NCBI GenBank assembly: GCA_016932045.1
Contig: JAFGDO010000010.1
Location: 1,759 to 65,758 of the forward strand
DNA from: Candidatus Dojkabacteria bacterium
GTDB lineage: Bacteria > Patescibacteriota > Dojkabacteria > JAHIVN01
DNA length: 64,000 bases
Direction of reading: 5' to 3'
The notes beneath the pieces were generated by a model. The model saw only the letters and a list, made by a program, of their open reading frames with translations. It did not search any database and was not told the DNA's origin. Below are positions 1-9,833 of the stretch, in pieces. The translations under genes and the position numbers were made by a program. Every line of letters begins with the position of its first letter. Positions within the stretch are counted from its first letter, which is position 1.

Positions 1-3
1 TCC

Positions 4-936
4 ATGAATGACTACCTAGACACGCTCAACGAATACGAAGAATATGATACAGATGAAATGATGGAAGACTTTAATATTAAGCTTACAGATAAAGAACTGG
101 AAGAAATTGAGAACATCCTGAGAAGTGAAGAACTTACAGGAGAGGTTAGATGGGAAAGTGCGAAAACATTTAATGGAAAAAGAGCGAAGTGTTATAGTAT
201 GAATTGGGAAGAAAAAGATATCGAAGCCATTGTTGAAATGGTTAAAGATTCAAACCTGCTTGCAGATGAATTTGATGAAGATAATTTCAAAGAATTCTCA
301 AACAGTATATCAACATTAAAGATTACCCAATGTACTGACAGGAAAAACGACAATCTTTATGAACTTTCAATCTTTGCTGAATTGAAACAACAAATAAATG
401 CCATTTCTTTTGACTCGTGGTCAGACACTTCAAAGAAAGAGGAAACAAAAATTGAACTAACAGCAACAATTTTATACTCTGACTATGGAAAAACATTTGA
501 CATTGAGATACCAAAAGATGCAGTTGATCTGACTGAATATATGAATGAAGCATTAAATACATACGACTTGGATAGCGGGAACACAAACGGTTTTGAGTAC
601 AACTATGACTTTGACAACTATGATTTTAGTGAATATGAATACTACTATCTATACTACGACTCGACACAGGTTGAAAGCCAGGAGCTAATTGCGTATCTGC
701 GGGATAATGATATTTTTAACGAACTCGATTACATGCTTTCTTCATATGATCTAACGATCGAGTCGTGGGCGAACGATTCTTTAGAGTATGAATGTGATCA
801 GAAGAATATCTCTCCGTGCAATCCGCCGATTCTTAAAGTCATCAGTAACTGGGAGAACCTGGACGACTTTGAGCTCATTGTAGGCAAAGAAGAAGTTATT
901 GGCTACCTTGAGAGTAAATTGAGCGAGTCTACATGA
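4..936 (+). CDS. Highly acidic hypothetical protein, rich in D/E/Y and YxY/DFD repeats. Possibly 5'-partial because the ORF starts at the window edge.
   Basis: A 310-aa ORF with extreme acidic composition and no recognisable catalytic motif. There is nothing upstream within the window to confirm the start. Confidence 0.45.
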   Translation: MNDYLDTLNEYEEYDTDEMMEDFNIKLTDKELEEIENILRSEELTGEVRWESAKTFNGKRAKCYSMNWEEKDIEAIVEMVKDSNLLADEFDEDNFKEFSNSISTLKITQCTDRKNDNLYELSIFAELKQQINAISFDSWSDTSKKEETKIELTATILYSDYGKTFDIEIPKDAVDLTEYMNEALNTYDLDSGNTNGFEYNYDFDNYDFSEYEYYYLYYDSTQVESQELIAYLRDNDIFNELDYMLSSYDLTIESWANDSLEYECDQKNISPCNPPILKVISNWENLDDFELIVGKEEVIGYLESKLSEST

Positions 937-1052
937 CAATTCACACAAATATATTGACTCCACTAATTGTGTGACAACAAGGTATCATACTAACTGTTCA
1001 TCTTCAAAAATCCCTGCTATAATTTAATTCGTTTACTTTACTCCTTTCGAAG

Positions 1053-2039
1053 ATGGATCCTATCATTGAAGTCGAAAATTTGTGTAAGTACTACAAGCAA
1101 CACAAAAAAGAACCGGGCCTCAAAGGTTCTATAAAGGCTCTATTTAAAAGAAAGTACAAGACAATTAAGGCGGTAGATAAAATCTCATTTACCATAAATA
1201 AAGGGGAAATGGTCGGCTTTATTGGCCCAAATGGGGCAGGGAAGACAACTACACTAAAGGTCCTATCTGGACTTCTATACCCAACTTCTGGAGAAGCTAA
1301 AGTGTTGGGGTATGTTCCTCACAAAAGACAACCCGAGTATCAGAAACAATTCTCGCTTGTAATGGGACAAAAAAATCAACTCTGGTGGGATCTTCCTGCT
1401 ATTGAATCATTCATCTTAAATAAGGAGATATATGAAGTACCCGATAATCAATACAAAAAAACAGTAAATGAGCTTTCAAGCCTTCTTGACGTAAAAGATA
1501 TACTTAAGGTTCAGGTAAGAAAACTTTCGCTCGGTCAAAGAATGAAATGTGAACTCATTGCAGCTCTTCTACATTCACCTAGAGTTCTATTTCTTGACGA
1601 ACCTACAATCGGGTTGGATGTTGTGATGCAAAAGAAGATTCGAGAATTTTTTAAAGAATACAATCAGCTCTACAAAACAACTGTTATACTTACAAGTCAC
1701 TATATGGATGACGTAAAGGAGCTGTGCCAGAGGATCATAATGATCAATAAGGGAAAAATCGTTTACGACGGTGATCTTGAACAAATCATCAAGAAGTATG
1801 CAAGAAATAAGTACATAAAACTGATTTTCCTTAAGGAAGTAGAGAAAAAAGATATTTCTGAGTACGGAAAAGTAGTCGAATATGAGCCGTTAAAAGCCAC
1901 AATTGCAGTATCACGCCATGTTACTCCCCATATTGCCTCCGAAGTCCTCAAAAAGCTCCCTGTGGACGACGTTGACATTGCAGAACCGGAGCTTGAGGAT
2001 ATCATTAGGGTGTTATTCCAGACAAAGAAGAAAATCTGA
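1053..2039 (+). CDS. ABC transporter ATP-binding protein with a C-terminal extension.
   Basis: Walker A GPNGAGKTT, ABC signature LSLGQRMK and Walker B LFLDEPT are all present in the translation. Confidence 0.85.
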   Translation: MDPIIEVENLCKYYKQHKKEPGLKGSIKALFKRKYKTIKAVDKISFTINKGEMVGFIGPNGAGKTTTLKVLSGLLYPTSGEAKVLGYVPHKRQPEYQKQFSLVMGQKNQLWWDLPAIESFILNKEIYEVPDNQYKKTVNELSSLLDVKDILKVQVRKLSLGQRMKCELIAALLHSPRVLFLDEPTIGLDVVMQKKIREFFKEYNQLYKTTVILTSHYMDDVKELCQRIIMINKGKIVYDGDLEQIIKKYARNKYIKLIFLKEVEKKDISEYGKVVEYEPLKATIAVSRHVTPHIASEVLKKLPVDDVDIAEPELEDIIRVLFQTKKKI

Positions 2040-2189
2040 AACTGATAAATAGAAAATTTCCCCATCATTCTTATCGAACGTAGGAGAAAAATAATATCTG
2101 TATCTTCTACATCATGCCAAAATCAGAAATTCTAAAGAATAAGTTTCAAATAAAAACTAAACCCAAAATGACTAGATCTAAATATTTAA

Positions 2190-2468
2190 GATCTAGAAAA
2201 ACGAACCATTTCCTTTTCAAAAGAAATAATTGATTTTTGTAAGACGTTACCAAAGAATTACATAAACATGAGTATAATAAAACAAGTTCTTCGATCTTCA
2301 ACGTCAATTGGTGCAAATTATAGGGAAGCAAATGAAAGCTATACAGAGAGAGAGTTCAAACATCAAATAAGAATTTCTAAAAAAGAAGCAAAAGAAACAA
2401 GTCACTGGCTTGATCTACTATTACATGCAAATCAAAGTAATAAACGCTTGATAGTATGGGGAATATAA
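2190..2468 (+). pseudogene. Degenerate fragment of a four-helix-bundle protein gene (PF05635 / 23S rRNA IVS protein / Avd-like family) lacking a usable start codon.
   Basis: The ORF-track ORF 2268..2468 encodes SIGANYREA...KKEAKETSHWLDLL, the central and C-terminal motifs of the family. The same frame stays open upstream to a TAA at 2187 and encodes the family's N-terminal motif (..FCKTLPKNY..IIKQVLRSS..). That upstream stretch contains no ATG/GTG/TTG before 2268. Confidence 0.5.
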
Positions 2469-2518
2469 AGTCACCTTGTTTTTAATTTAGGATTTATTTG
2501 GAACCTAAGATTTAGTAC

Positions 2519-2905
2519 TTAGAATTTATCCCTTATATACGGCCAGAAAATCATAACTGCAAGTATCACATCCATTATAGCAACAGCAAGAACAGCTGCA
2601 GCAGCAAGATCTTTAATTTTTTTTATCACAGAATGAAATCTTTTCAGCTCTCCGAGTACTTCGATACTAGTATTCATAAGTTCGGCAGAAAGTGTAATCC
2701 CGATACAAAAGATTATAATTATCCACTCTAACTTTGTTATAGGAAATATTATTCCTGCAATAATGACACCAGCCATAGCAATAAGCTCAATCTGGAAGTT
2801 TAATTCATGGTTAAAGGCTATAGACAGACCAGAAAAAGCTGCCCTGTAACTTCTCAGGTGTTTCTTCGTTTTACTACTAATAATTTTTGTAAAACCCATA
2901 CTCAT
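2519..2905 (-). CDS. dgkA: Diacylglycerol kinase / undecaprenol kinase family (DgkA).
   Basis: A 128-aa polytopic membrane protein with the DgkA-like motifs NTSIEVLGE and KDLAAAAVLAVAI. The size and topology are typical of prokaryotic DgkA. Confidence 0.7.
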   Translation of the reverse strand: MSMGFTKIISSKTKKHLRSYRAAFSGLSIAFNHELNFQIELIAMAGVIIAGIIFPITKLEWIIIIFCIGITLSAELMNTSIEVLGELKRFHSVIKKIKDLAAAAVLAVAIMDVILAVMIFWPYIRDKF

Positions 2906-3132
2906 CTTCTAAAGATAATACTTATGATAGAGAACAGTATAATAATAGGCTCAATTAATTTCAAATCACCTTTCGTCGGCAAGATAACTTCACCAACCTG
3001 CTCCTTCATCCTTTCCGCTAAGAATCTTATAATGCCAATTGGTGCGGCTATACAACCCGAAGAGTTTTCCTTTGCTTCAAGGCGCAGATTCCAGCTTCTA
3101 TTCCGCCAGCTTTGTATAGTAGCAGTCTCCAT
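2902..3132 (-). CDS. Small hypothetical protein, possibly co-transcribed with dgkA.
   Basis: A 76-aa ORF whose end overlaps the dgkA start by 4 nt, which suggests translational coupling. The competing + strand ORF 2807..3274 translates as low-complexity sequence. Confidence 0.3.
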   Translation of the reverse strand: METATIQSWRNRSWNLRLEAKENSSGCIAAPIGIIRFLAERMKEQVGEVILPTKGDLKLIEPIIILFSIISIIFRR

Positions 3133-3334
3133 ATTTAGAAAAACTATTGCTACTTTAAAACGTTATTTATGTACGATCATCACAAAACTTTACTTCTCTG
3201 AGTTGAAAATAATCGACGATATATTACTTAGGAAATTATTTTCTCAAGATATAATCATAAATTCTTCTGACTAAAATTGACAAAATAATGCACCTAGCAT
3301 TATATTTAACCGGTATATAGATTATTGCTAAAAA

Positions 3335-4408
3335 ATGCTGACTGCCCATCAAGTAAAAAAAATGCCGAAGGTTGATCTTCACAGACATATTGAAGGAAGC
3401 ATCCGACCTGCAACTATACTTGAGTACTCCCGCCTTAAAGATATTCTAGAAACAAGACAAACGCTTTCTGACTACGTTAATGCAATGCAGGTTAACGGTG
3501 AAGAAGAAAGTTTAATGGAATTCATCGAAAAGCTGGGAACAAGATTTATGCTTAAATATACAACTTGCCAAGAAGATATCGAGCGTTTCAGCTACGAAGC
3601 TTGTGAAGATGCTTCAAATGATTCTATTGTATATCTTGAATTGCGATGTTGCCCATCAAATTATATAAAGACTCCGATTTCGATCGAAGAGTTTATAGAA
3701 GGAATTTATACTGGCATACAAAAAGCAAAAGAAAAATACGGAATTAAAACCGGTCTTATAGTCTCGATAAAAAGAGAAGATCATTGGGAGATTAATCAAA
3801 AGGTTTCAAAAACAGTTATCGACTTCTTCCAAGAAGGAAAAGTAAATGGAATTGACCTTTGCGGAAACGAACCTATGTTTCCGGCAAGAGAGTATAAAGA
3901 TCTTTTTAAAGAATTCTATAAACGAGGTATTCCGATTTCAATTCATGCGGGAGAAGAAAAAGGTGCCAAGGGATTAGAGAATATAAAAGATGCAATAACA
4001 CTGCTCCATGCAGATCGAATCGGCCATGGTACTTTTGGAACATCTTCGCAAAGAATTATTTCACTTATAAAAGAGGAAGATATATTATGCGAGTTATGTT
4101 TAACAAGCAATGTACATACGAAACTTATTGAATCTGTTAGAAAGCACCCGATCTTTAAGTTTCTCGAATGCAAAGTACCTGTTTCAATAAATACCGACGA
4201 TCCAATAACATCAGGAATCACGCTAACTAAAGAATATATAAACCTAATTAAATATTACAATTTTAGCATCAGAGACTTCAAGAAGATCAACCTGGATGCA
4301 ATCAAATACTCGTTTCAGACCAAAAGGGAGAAAAAAGCTATCAAAAGAAGCTTTATGCACAAGTTCGATGAGTGGAGATACTTGTTGCTTGATAAGTATC
4401 TGATATAA
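3335..4408 (+). CDS. add: Adenosine/AMP deaminase family metal-dependent hydrolase.
   Basis: An N-terminal VDLHRHIEGS metal-binding motif and a C-terminal SINTDDP motif, both characteristic of adenosine deaminase. Confidence 0.8.
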   Translation: MLTAHQVKKMPKVDLHRHIEGSIRPATILEYSRLKDILETRQTLSDYVNAMQVNGEEESLMEFIEKLGTRFMLKYTTCQEDIERFSYEACEDASNDSIVYLELRCCPSNYIKTPISIEEFIEGIYTGIQKAKEKYGIKTGLIVSIKREDHWEINQKVSKTVIDFFQEGKVNGIDLCGNEPMFPAREYKDLFKEFYKRGIPISIHAGEEKGAKGLENIKDAITLLHADRIGHGTFGTSSQRIISLIKEEDILCELCLTSNVHTKLIESVRKHPIFKFLECKVPVSINTDDPITSGITLTKEYINLIKYYNFSIRDFKKINLDAIKYSFQTKREKKAIKRSFMHKFDEWRYLLLDKYLI

Positions 4409-4565
4409 GCTATATGCTGTCTGCTTTCAGCCTACAACTTGCAGCTATACAGCTGTTTCCCCTTTTCCTTCTGGACTTTTGCCTTTTGCCTTATTCTCTG
4501 CTATCATCCGTTCAAGTATGAGATATTTAGTAACTATGAATAAAAACTCCTTACAAACCGCTTCA

Positions 4566-4588
4566 GCCCCGAAGGGGGCCTAATTTTC
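4566..4588 (+). terminator. Hairpin GCCCC-GAAG-GGGGC followed by CTAATTTT, a likely intrinsic terminator after add.
   Basis: A GC stem with a tetraloop and a downstream T-rich tract at 4566-4588. Confidence 0.45.
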
Positions 4589-4691
4589 TACACCTTTAGC
4601 ATTTTTCATATAAATTCTCTATAATAAAGTTATTCTTTAATGCTACATTTTTCATTCTTAATTTATAATTCTTAATTTTTAATCAGACAAA

Positions 4692-6626
4692 ATGAACTCT
4701 CTTGAAATCAAGAAAAAATTTATAGAATTCTTTAGATCAAAAGGGCATAAAGAAATCCCGAATGTGCCATTAATTCCCGAAAACGATCCAACATCGCTTT
4801 TCATCATGGCCGGTATGCAGCCCCTTTCGCCATATTTTGGAGGAGAACCGCATCCTACAGGCGATAAACTTGTTAATATACAAAGATGTGTCCGAACAGA
4901 TGATATTGAAGAAGTAGGTGATACTATTCATCAAACTTTCTTTGAGATGTTAGGCTATTGGTCACTTGGAGCATATTTCAAGAAAGAGGCCATCGAAATG
5001 TCTTTTGAATTTTATACTTCACAAGAGTGGCTCGGATTAGATCCAGAAAGAATTTATGCTACGGTATTTGAAGGCGATAATGATGCTCCACGCGATGAAG
5101 AAGCAATAGAGATCTGGAAAAAAATCTTTAAAAATGTTGGTATAAGAGCTGAAGTTTATGACAAAAAGAAAAAAGACAATAGTTCCGCAAGAATTTTCCC
5201 GTTAAATAAAAAAGAGAATTGGTGGGGACCAGTAGGAGAAAGTGGTCCCTGCGGTCCTGATAGCGAATTTTTCTATTGGAGGGGGAAAGACAAACCTGAC
5301 TTTTCAGAATTTGTTCCTTATGACAATTCAAATATGTTTATTGAAATAGGAAACGATGTTTTCATGGCATATAATAAAACTAAGGAAGGAAAATACGAAC
5401 CTTTAAAGCAGAAGAATATTGATTTTGGCGGAGGAATGGAACGAATAGCTTTAGTCTGTACGCTAAGAGAAAAGGACGGTTCAGTTCCGTATAATTTCAC
5501 TAATTTTAATACAGATTTATTTGATACGCCTCTCTCGTATCTTCGAAGCCTTGTTGAAGATGAAAGCAGAAAGTCCACAAGAGAAGAGAATGAAGATGCA
5601 GAAAATATTACAGAATTTGATCTTACACTAACTGATTTCAACAACCCCAGCCAGGCTGTTAAGGCTTTCAGAGTTATTCTTGATCACACAAGAGCTTGTA
5701 CTTTCCTTGTCGCAGATGGTATCGAGCCGTCAAACAAAGATCAGGGCTATATACTTCGAAGACTGTTGAGAAGATCAGTAAGACACGCAAAGTTAATAGG
5801 CATAGAGGGCACCTTTACCAAAGATATTGCTAAACTTTACATTGATAAATACAAGATCCAATATCCTCATCTTGCTGATATGCAGAACAAAATTCTGAAT
5901 ATCTTAGAGAAGGAAGAGATAAATTTTGAGAATTCAATAAAAATCGGTGCCAAAGAAATAGATAAACTTGAAGCAAGCGGGAAAAAGATTACCGGAAAAG
6001 ATCTTTTTAATATCTTCGAGACCTATGGCTTTCCAATTGAAATGGCATTAGATGAGTTAGGCATAGAGAAGGACGAATTACGAATGAAATATCAGAGGGA
6101 ATTTGATAAGGCAAAGGAGAAGCATCAAGAACTATCAAGAAAAGGATCTAAAGGAAAATTCAAGGGGGGATTAGCCGATTCCTCTGAAATTACAAAGCGG
6201 TATCATACCGCAACACATCTTTTACTTCGTGCTTTACAGGAAGTTCTTGGAGATCATGTACATCAACGAGGCAGTAACATAACAGAGGAAAGATTAAGAT
6301 TCGACTTCTCTCAAAGTGAACAATTAACAGATGAGCAGAAAAAAGAAGTTGAGAGACTTGTAAATGATAAGATAAAGGCAGGATTAAAGGTTCTAAAAAA
6401 GGTGATGCCGAAAGAGGAGGCTCTAAAAATCGGAGCTGAATGTGAATTTCCAGAAAAGTATCCCGATCAGGTTTCAATTTACGAGGTTGAAGGCTTCACA
6501 AAAGAATTCTGTGGAGGGCCTCATGTTGAAAACACCAAAGAACTTGCAAAGTCCGGCAAATTTAGGATAATAAAGGAAGAGAGTGTTGGGAGTGGAGTGA
6601 GAAGGATAAAGGCAGTATTACAATGA
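4692..6626 (+). CDS. alaS: Alanine--tRNA ligase, short form without the C-terminal C-Ala domain.
   Basis: An N-terminal class II AlaRS core (FIEFFRSKGH...FIMAGMQP...IQRCVRTDDIEEVGDT..HQTFFEMLGYWSLGAYFK) and an editing-domain HxxxH motif (HTATHLLLRALQ, CGGPHV). The protein is 644 aa, against about 870 for typical AlaRS. Confidence 0.9.
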   Translation: MNSLEIKKKFIEFFRSKGHKEIPNVPLIPENDPTSLFIMAGMQPLSPYFGGEPHPTGDKLVNIQRCVRTDDIEEVGDTIHQTFFEMLGYWSLGAYFKKEAIEMSFEFYTSQEWLGLDPERIYATVFEGDNDAPRDEEAIEIWKKIFKNVGIRAEVYDKKKKDNSSARIFPLNKKENWWGPVGESGPCGPDSEFFYWRGKDKPDFSEFVPYDNSNMFIEIGNDVFMAYNKTKEGKYEPLKQKNIDFGGGMERIALVCTLREKDGSVPYNFTNFNTDLFDTPLSYLRSLVEDESRKSTREENEDAENITEFDLTLTDFNNPSQAVKAFRVILDHTRACTFLVADGIEPSNKDQGYILRRLLRRSVRHAKLIGIEGTFTKDIAKLYIDKYKIQYPHLADMQNKILNILEKEEINFENSIKIGAKEIDKLEASGKKITGKDLFNIFETYGFPIEMALDELGIEKDELRMKYQREFDKAKEKHQELSRKGSKGKFKGGLADSSEITKRYHTATHLLLRALQEVLGDHVHQRGSNITEERLRFDFSQSEQLTDEQKKEVERLVNDKIKAGLKVLKKVMPKEEALKIGAECEFPEKYPDQVSIYEVEGFTKEFCGGPHVENTKELAKSGKFRIIKEESVGSGVRRIKAVLQ

Positions 6627-6689
6627 AGTGGAGTAATAACCATATAGCAATATAACAGCCTAGATATCTAACGATTTAACTATACTTCA

Positions 6690-7277
6690 ATGATCACTAT
6701 CGGCATCCAAGGCGGCAAAGGTTCATACAATGAGGAAGCCTGCAATCATTTCTGCAAAGTAAATGGTATTAAAGATTATGAAATTAAATACCTCTTCACT
6801 ACAGAAAAGGTTCTTGAAAACTTACATTTAGGAAGAATTGATTATGCACAGTTTGCTATAGAGGATCCTTCGGGAGGGATTGTAAATGAATCAATTGACG
6901 CTTTAACAAAATATACATGCAAAATTATTGATAAATTTAAGTATCCCATGAACCACTGCTTGCTTATTCATAAGGACGTTTCAATGGATGATGTGAAAAC
7001 AGTAATGACACACCCGCATATTTATAAACAATGTATAAATACACTTAAAGAAAAATACCCTCAATTGGAAGTAAAGATTGGAAAAGGTGACTTAATAGAC
7101 CAATCAAAAGTTGCGGAGAAAATCTCTGAGGGTGATATAGATAAAACAACTGCTGTCATAGGCTCTAAGCTTCTCGCAGAAATATACAGCAATTTAAAGG
7201 TCATCGAAGAAGGAATACAAGACTCAAAGGATAACTATACAACTTTTATGTTCTGCAAGAGAAGATATATCATCTAG
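6690..7277 (+). CDS. Prephenate dehydratase (PDT) domain protein without an ACT domain.
   Basis: IGIQGGKGSYNEEA (cf. PheA IAFLGPKGSYS), AIEDPSGGIV, THPHIYKQC (cf. SHPQALxQC) and NYTTF (cf. NFTRF). It is a paralog of the gene at 58454..59083. Confidence 0.75.
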   Translation: MITIGIQGGKGSYNEEACNHFCKVNGIKDYEIKYLFTTEKVLENLHLGRIDYAQFAIEDPSGGIVNESIDALTKYTCKIIDKFKYPMNHCLLIHKDVSMDDVKTVMTHPHIYKQCINTLKEKYPQLEVKIGKGDLIDQSKVAEKISEGDIDKTTAVIGSKLLAEIYSNLKVIEEGIQDSKDNYTTFMFCKRRYII

Positions 7278-7525
7278 TAGCCAATCTCCAACAACCAATA
7301 TCCAATATTCAATCGTCAATTTAGTAACTCACAACTCATATCTGTTAACCTACTACTTCCCTATTTAACTATAAACTATCCAGCCACATATCCATCCGAC
7401 TATGTGACTATCTTTATTTTCACCTCTTCGCTTTTTGCTGTTCGCCATTTATACTGAGTGGAGTCGAAGTATTTGCTATTTGCAATTATCTTGTATTGAA
7501 ATCCTCTTTCAGCTAATATAAACCC

Positions 7526-8194
7526 ATGTCAAAACTGCCTGATCATAAAACAATTTATCTAGTAAGACATGCCCAGACCAAAGGGAATTTTAAGGGGAAC
7601 TGGCTTGGTGCCCGCTCGATTGATGAATTGAATGAGTATGGGAGAAAACAAGCCCGTTTTACAGCAGAATATCTTCTGGAAAGGAATGTAAATGCCTCGA
7701 AAATATTCTCAAGTCCCACTCCAAGAGCTCTTCAGCACGCAGAGATCTTGCAGAAAAGACTCGATCTCCCGATTGAGAAATTAAACTCGCTAACGGAGAT
7801 AAATCTGGGAATACTTGAAGATAGAACGAGGGATGAAGGTTTAAGACTTGTGCCTGAAGAAGTCCACGATTGGCACACAAATCTTACTCGATTTGAGCCT
7901 CCACTCGGTGAATCTGCAATAGAGGCAGCTGAACGTTTTTACGAAATTGTAGAATTAATAACTAAAAATTATCAAAAGCCAGATCTTATATTTGTTTCTC
8001 ACGGAGTTGTAATCAAACTATTTTTGGCAAGAATACTTAAATCCTCCATAGAAACTGCTGAAACAAAAATTAAAGTTCCCTGGACCACACACGGTACAAT
8101 AACGATAGCTGGTTATGAAAAACAAGGTTTTAGGTTCCAAAGAGTTGTCCAGAATAAGTACCCCGACAGTGAGAGAATCGCCGCTTTTGGATAA
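7526..8194 (+). CDS. Histidine phosphatase superfamily protein (phosphoglycerate mutase-like).
   Basis: An N-terminal LVRHAQTKGN RHG motif, plus downstream His and SHG motifs (FVSHGVVIK). Confidence 0.75.
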   Translation: MSKLPDHKTIYLVRHAQTKGNFKGNWLGARSIDELNEYGRKQARFTAEYLLERNVNASKIFSSPTPRALQHAEILQKRLDLPIEKLNSLTEINLGILEDRTRDEGLRLVPEEVHDWHTNLTRFEPPLGESAIEAAERFYEIVELITKNYQKPDLIFVSHGVVIKLFLARILKSSIETAETKIKVPWTTHGTITIAGYEKQGFRFQRVVQNKYPDSERIAAFG

Positions 8195-8277
8195 AAAACA
8201 CATTATATTTCCACCCGTGTAACCTTCTAGACAGAGTCATCTCGAACGAATTCAAATATATTGAATGATAATAAAAA

Positions 8278-9066
8278 TTACTGGACTTTTATAGTTTGAA
8301 TAGATAAATCTGTATATTCCATTAACTTTTCATCCATATAATGGAGATAGGAGATAAGGAACACTCTTTGTTGACTATCAAATATATATACCTCTGTTAA
8401 AGGAACGCCCATGGGTTCATTTGGACATAATGCTCTAATTACGGTCTTATCTCCAATTTTAAAGTTTTTATCCACACTACAACCTGTTTTGTAGCTCTGA
8501 TATGTTTCATAAAACTCATTTAAGGACAATTTTTCAGGATTTTCCCAAACATCCCAACGAATAACGATCTCATTGCCATAGTCATTATTTATTTCAAAAC
8601 CTACTCTGATAACGTTTGGATCAGAAACTCCAGGATTATCTATAATCTCCCTTTCAGCTCCCGACCCGTTGTGCTTAAAAGAGATTCCCCATTCATTATT
8701 TGTGTATGTTTTCCATCCAGCATAAGGATCTTCACTTATAGTAGTTACCTGCTGACTTTCATTTTGTTCCTCGCTTTCTCCAGACTCATCTTCTTTCTCT
8801 TCTGTTATAGTTGTAGTTGTTGTTGTCGTTTCAATTATAGATTCTTCTTCATTTTTCTTTCCTTTCCCAAGTATATAAGCTATAACTACAATAACTATAA
8901 ACAAAATCAATAATACTGCTATCAATAATAATTTCATAACCCTCTTTTTGCCTTTTGAATCATTATTAATTTTTATATCCTGATTCTCTTTTTCTAAAGT
9001 TATTCTAGAAGAACTTGACTGTAAACCCTTTTGAAATTTTTCATTCATTGAAGAATCACCCTGCAT
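8278..9066 (-). CDS. Membrane-anchored hypothetical protein with a Thr-rich and acidic linker.
   Basis: An N-terminal TM helix (LLLIAVLLILFIVIVVIAYIL), then a TTTTTTTITEEKEDESGESEE linker and a C-terminal globular domain. Confidence 0.55.
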   Translation of the reverse strand: MQGDSSMNEKFQKGLQSSSSRITLEKENQDIKINNDSKGKKRVMKLLLIAVLLILFIVIVVIAYILGKGKKNEEESIIETTTTTTTITEEKEDESGESEEQNESQQVTTISEDPYAGWKTYTNNEWGISFKHNGSGAEREIIDNPGVSDPNVIRVGFEINNDYGNEIVIRWDVWENPEKLSLNEFYETYQSYKTGCSVDKNFKIGDKTVIRALCPNEPMGVPLTEVYIFDSQQRVFLISYLHYMDEKLMEYTDLSIQTIKVQ

Positions 9067-9230
9067 AGCAAACTTTTAAGAAATAAACAATAAAAATATA
9101 ATAACATAATAATTTCTATAAAGAAAAGTTACTTTTCCACACAAGTCCCGTTTAATGTCTACCATTTAGTATCAGTTTTTACTGAACAGACAAGAAGTAT
9201 TCGCCGTTATCTTTCAGCTAAATAAAAAAA

Positions 9231-9833
9231 ATGGAAAAATTGATTCCATTACTATTTATTGCTAGTTTTATACTAGCAGGCTACACCATCTTTCCAACAA
9301 TGAGCCTACTTTTAATTATATGGTTTGGCTTGTTCTTTCTAGCAAGGCATAGAAAGCTTGATAGAAAGTTAAATAAAAAAGAAGCTAAATTTTATTATAT
9401 TGTAATATTTACCTATCCCTTACTTGAAGGCATTATAAAGCTGTTAATTGTCCAAAATATCATTCCCGGTTCGTGGTTCTGGCTCAATAGGGTAGAGCAT
9501 TTTCTTTCGGCTATTGCCATAGAAGCTTTATTCTATCCTCTGCTAAAGCCGACGATTCTAAAATTAAATCAAAAAGAAGCATTCATCTTTGTTGTTTCAA
9601 CAGTTGTGCTGATTGGAAATTTTAATGAGTTTTTTGAGTATGCAATTCGTCTTCAACTAAAACTAACTGATGCTGCACGCTTTAGTGCATACTATTGGGA
9701 TACTATCTATGATATGGCAATTAACATCTTAGGGGCATCTACTGGGTTTCTTTTGCTTTGGAAGTTTTCAAGAGTAAAGCCAAAAACAGCCAGAAATTAT
9801 AATCAGAAACGGTTTCCTGAAATAATCTCATAG
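9231..9833 (+). CDS. Polytopic membrane protein, hypothetical.
   Basis: Multiple hydrophobic helices. Its 3' end overlaps the convergent yvcK gene by about 30 nt. Confidence 0.5.
   Translation: MEKLIPLLFIASFILAGYTIFPTMSLLLIIWFGLFFLARHRKLDRKLNKKEAKFYYIVIFTYPLLEGIIKLLIVQNIIPGSWFWLNRVEHFLSAIAIEALFYPLLKPTILKLNQKEAFIFVVSTVVLIGNFNEFFEYAIRLQLKLTDAARFSAYYWDTIYDMAINILGASTGFLLLWKFSRVKPKTARNYNQKRFPEIIS

Noticed and set aside
2807-3274. The 155-aa + strand ORF overlapping the dgkA start and the upstream small ORF.
   Set aside because: It translates as low-complexity hydrophobic sequence antisense to dgkA. The minus-strand ORFs are better supported.
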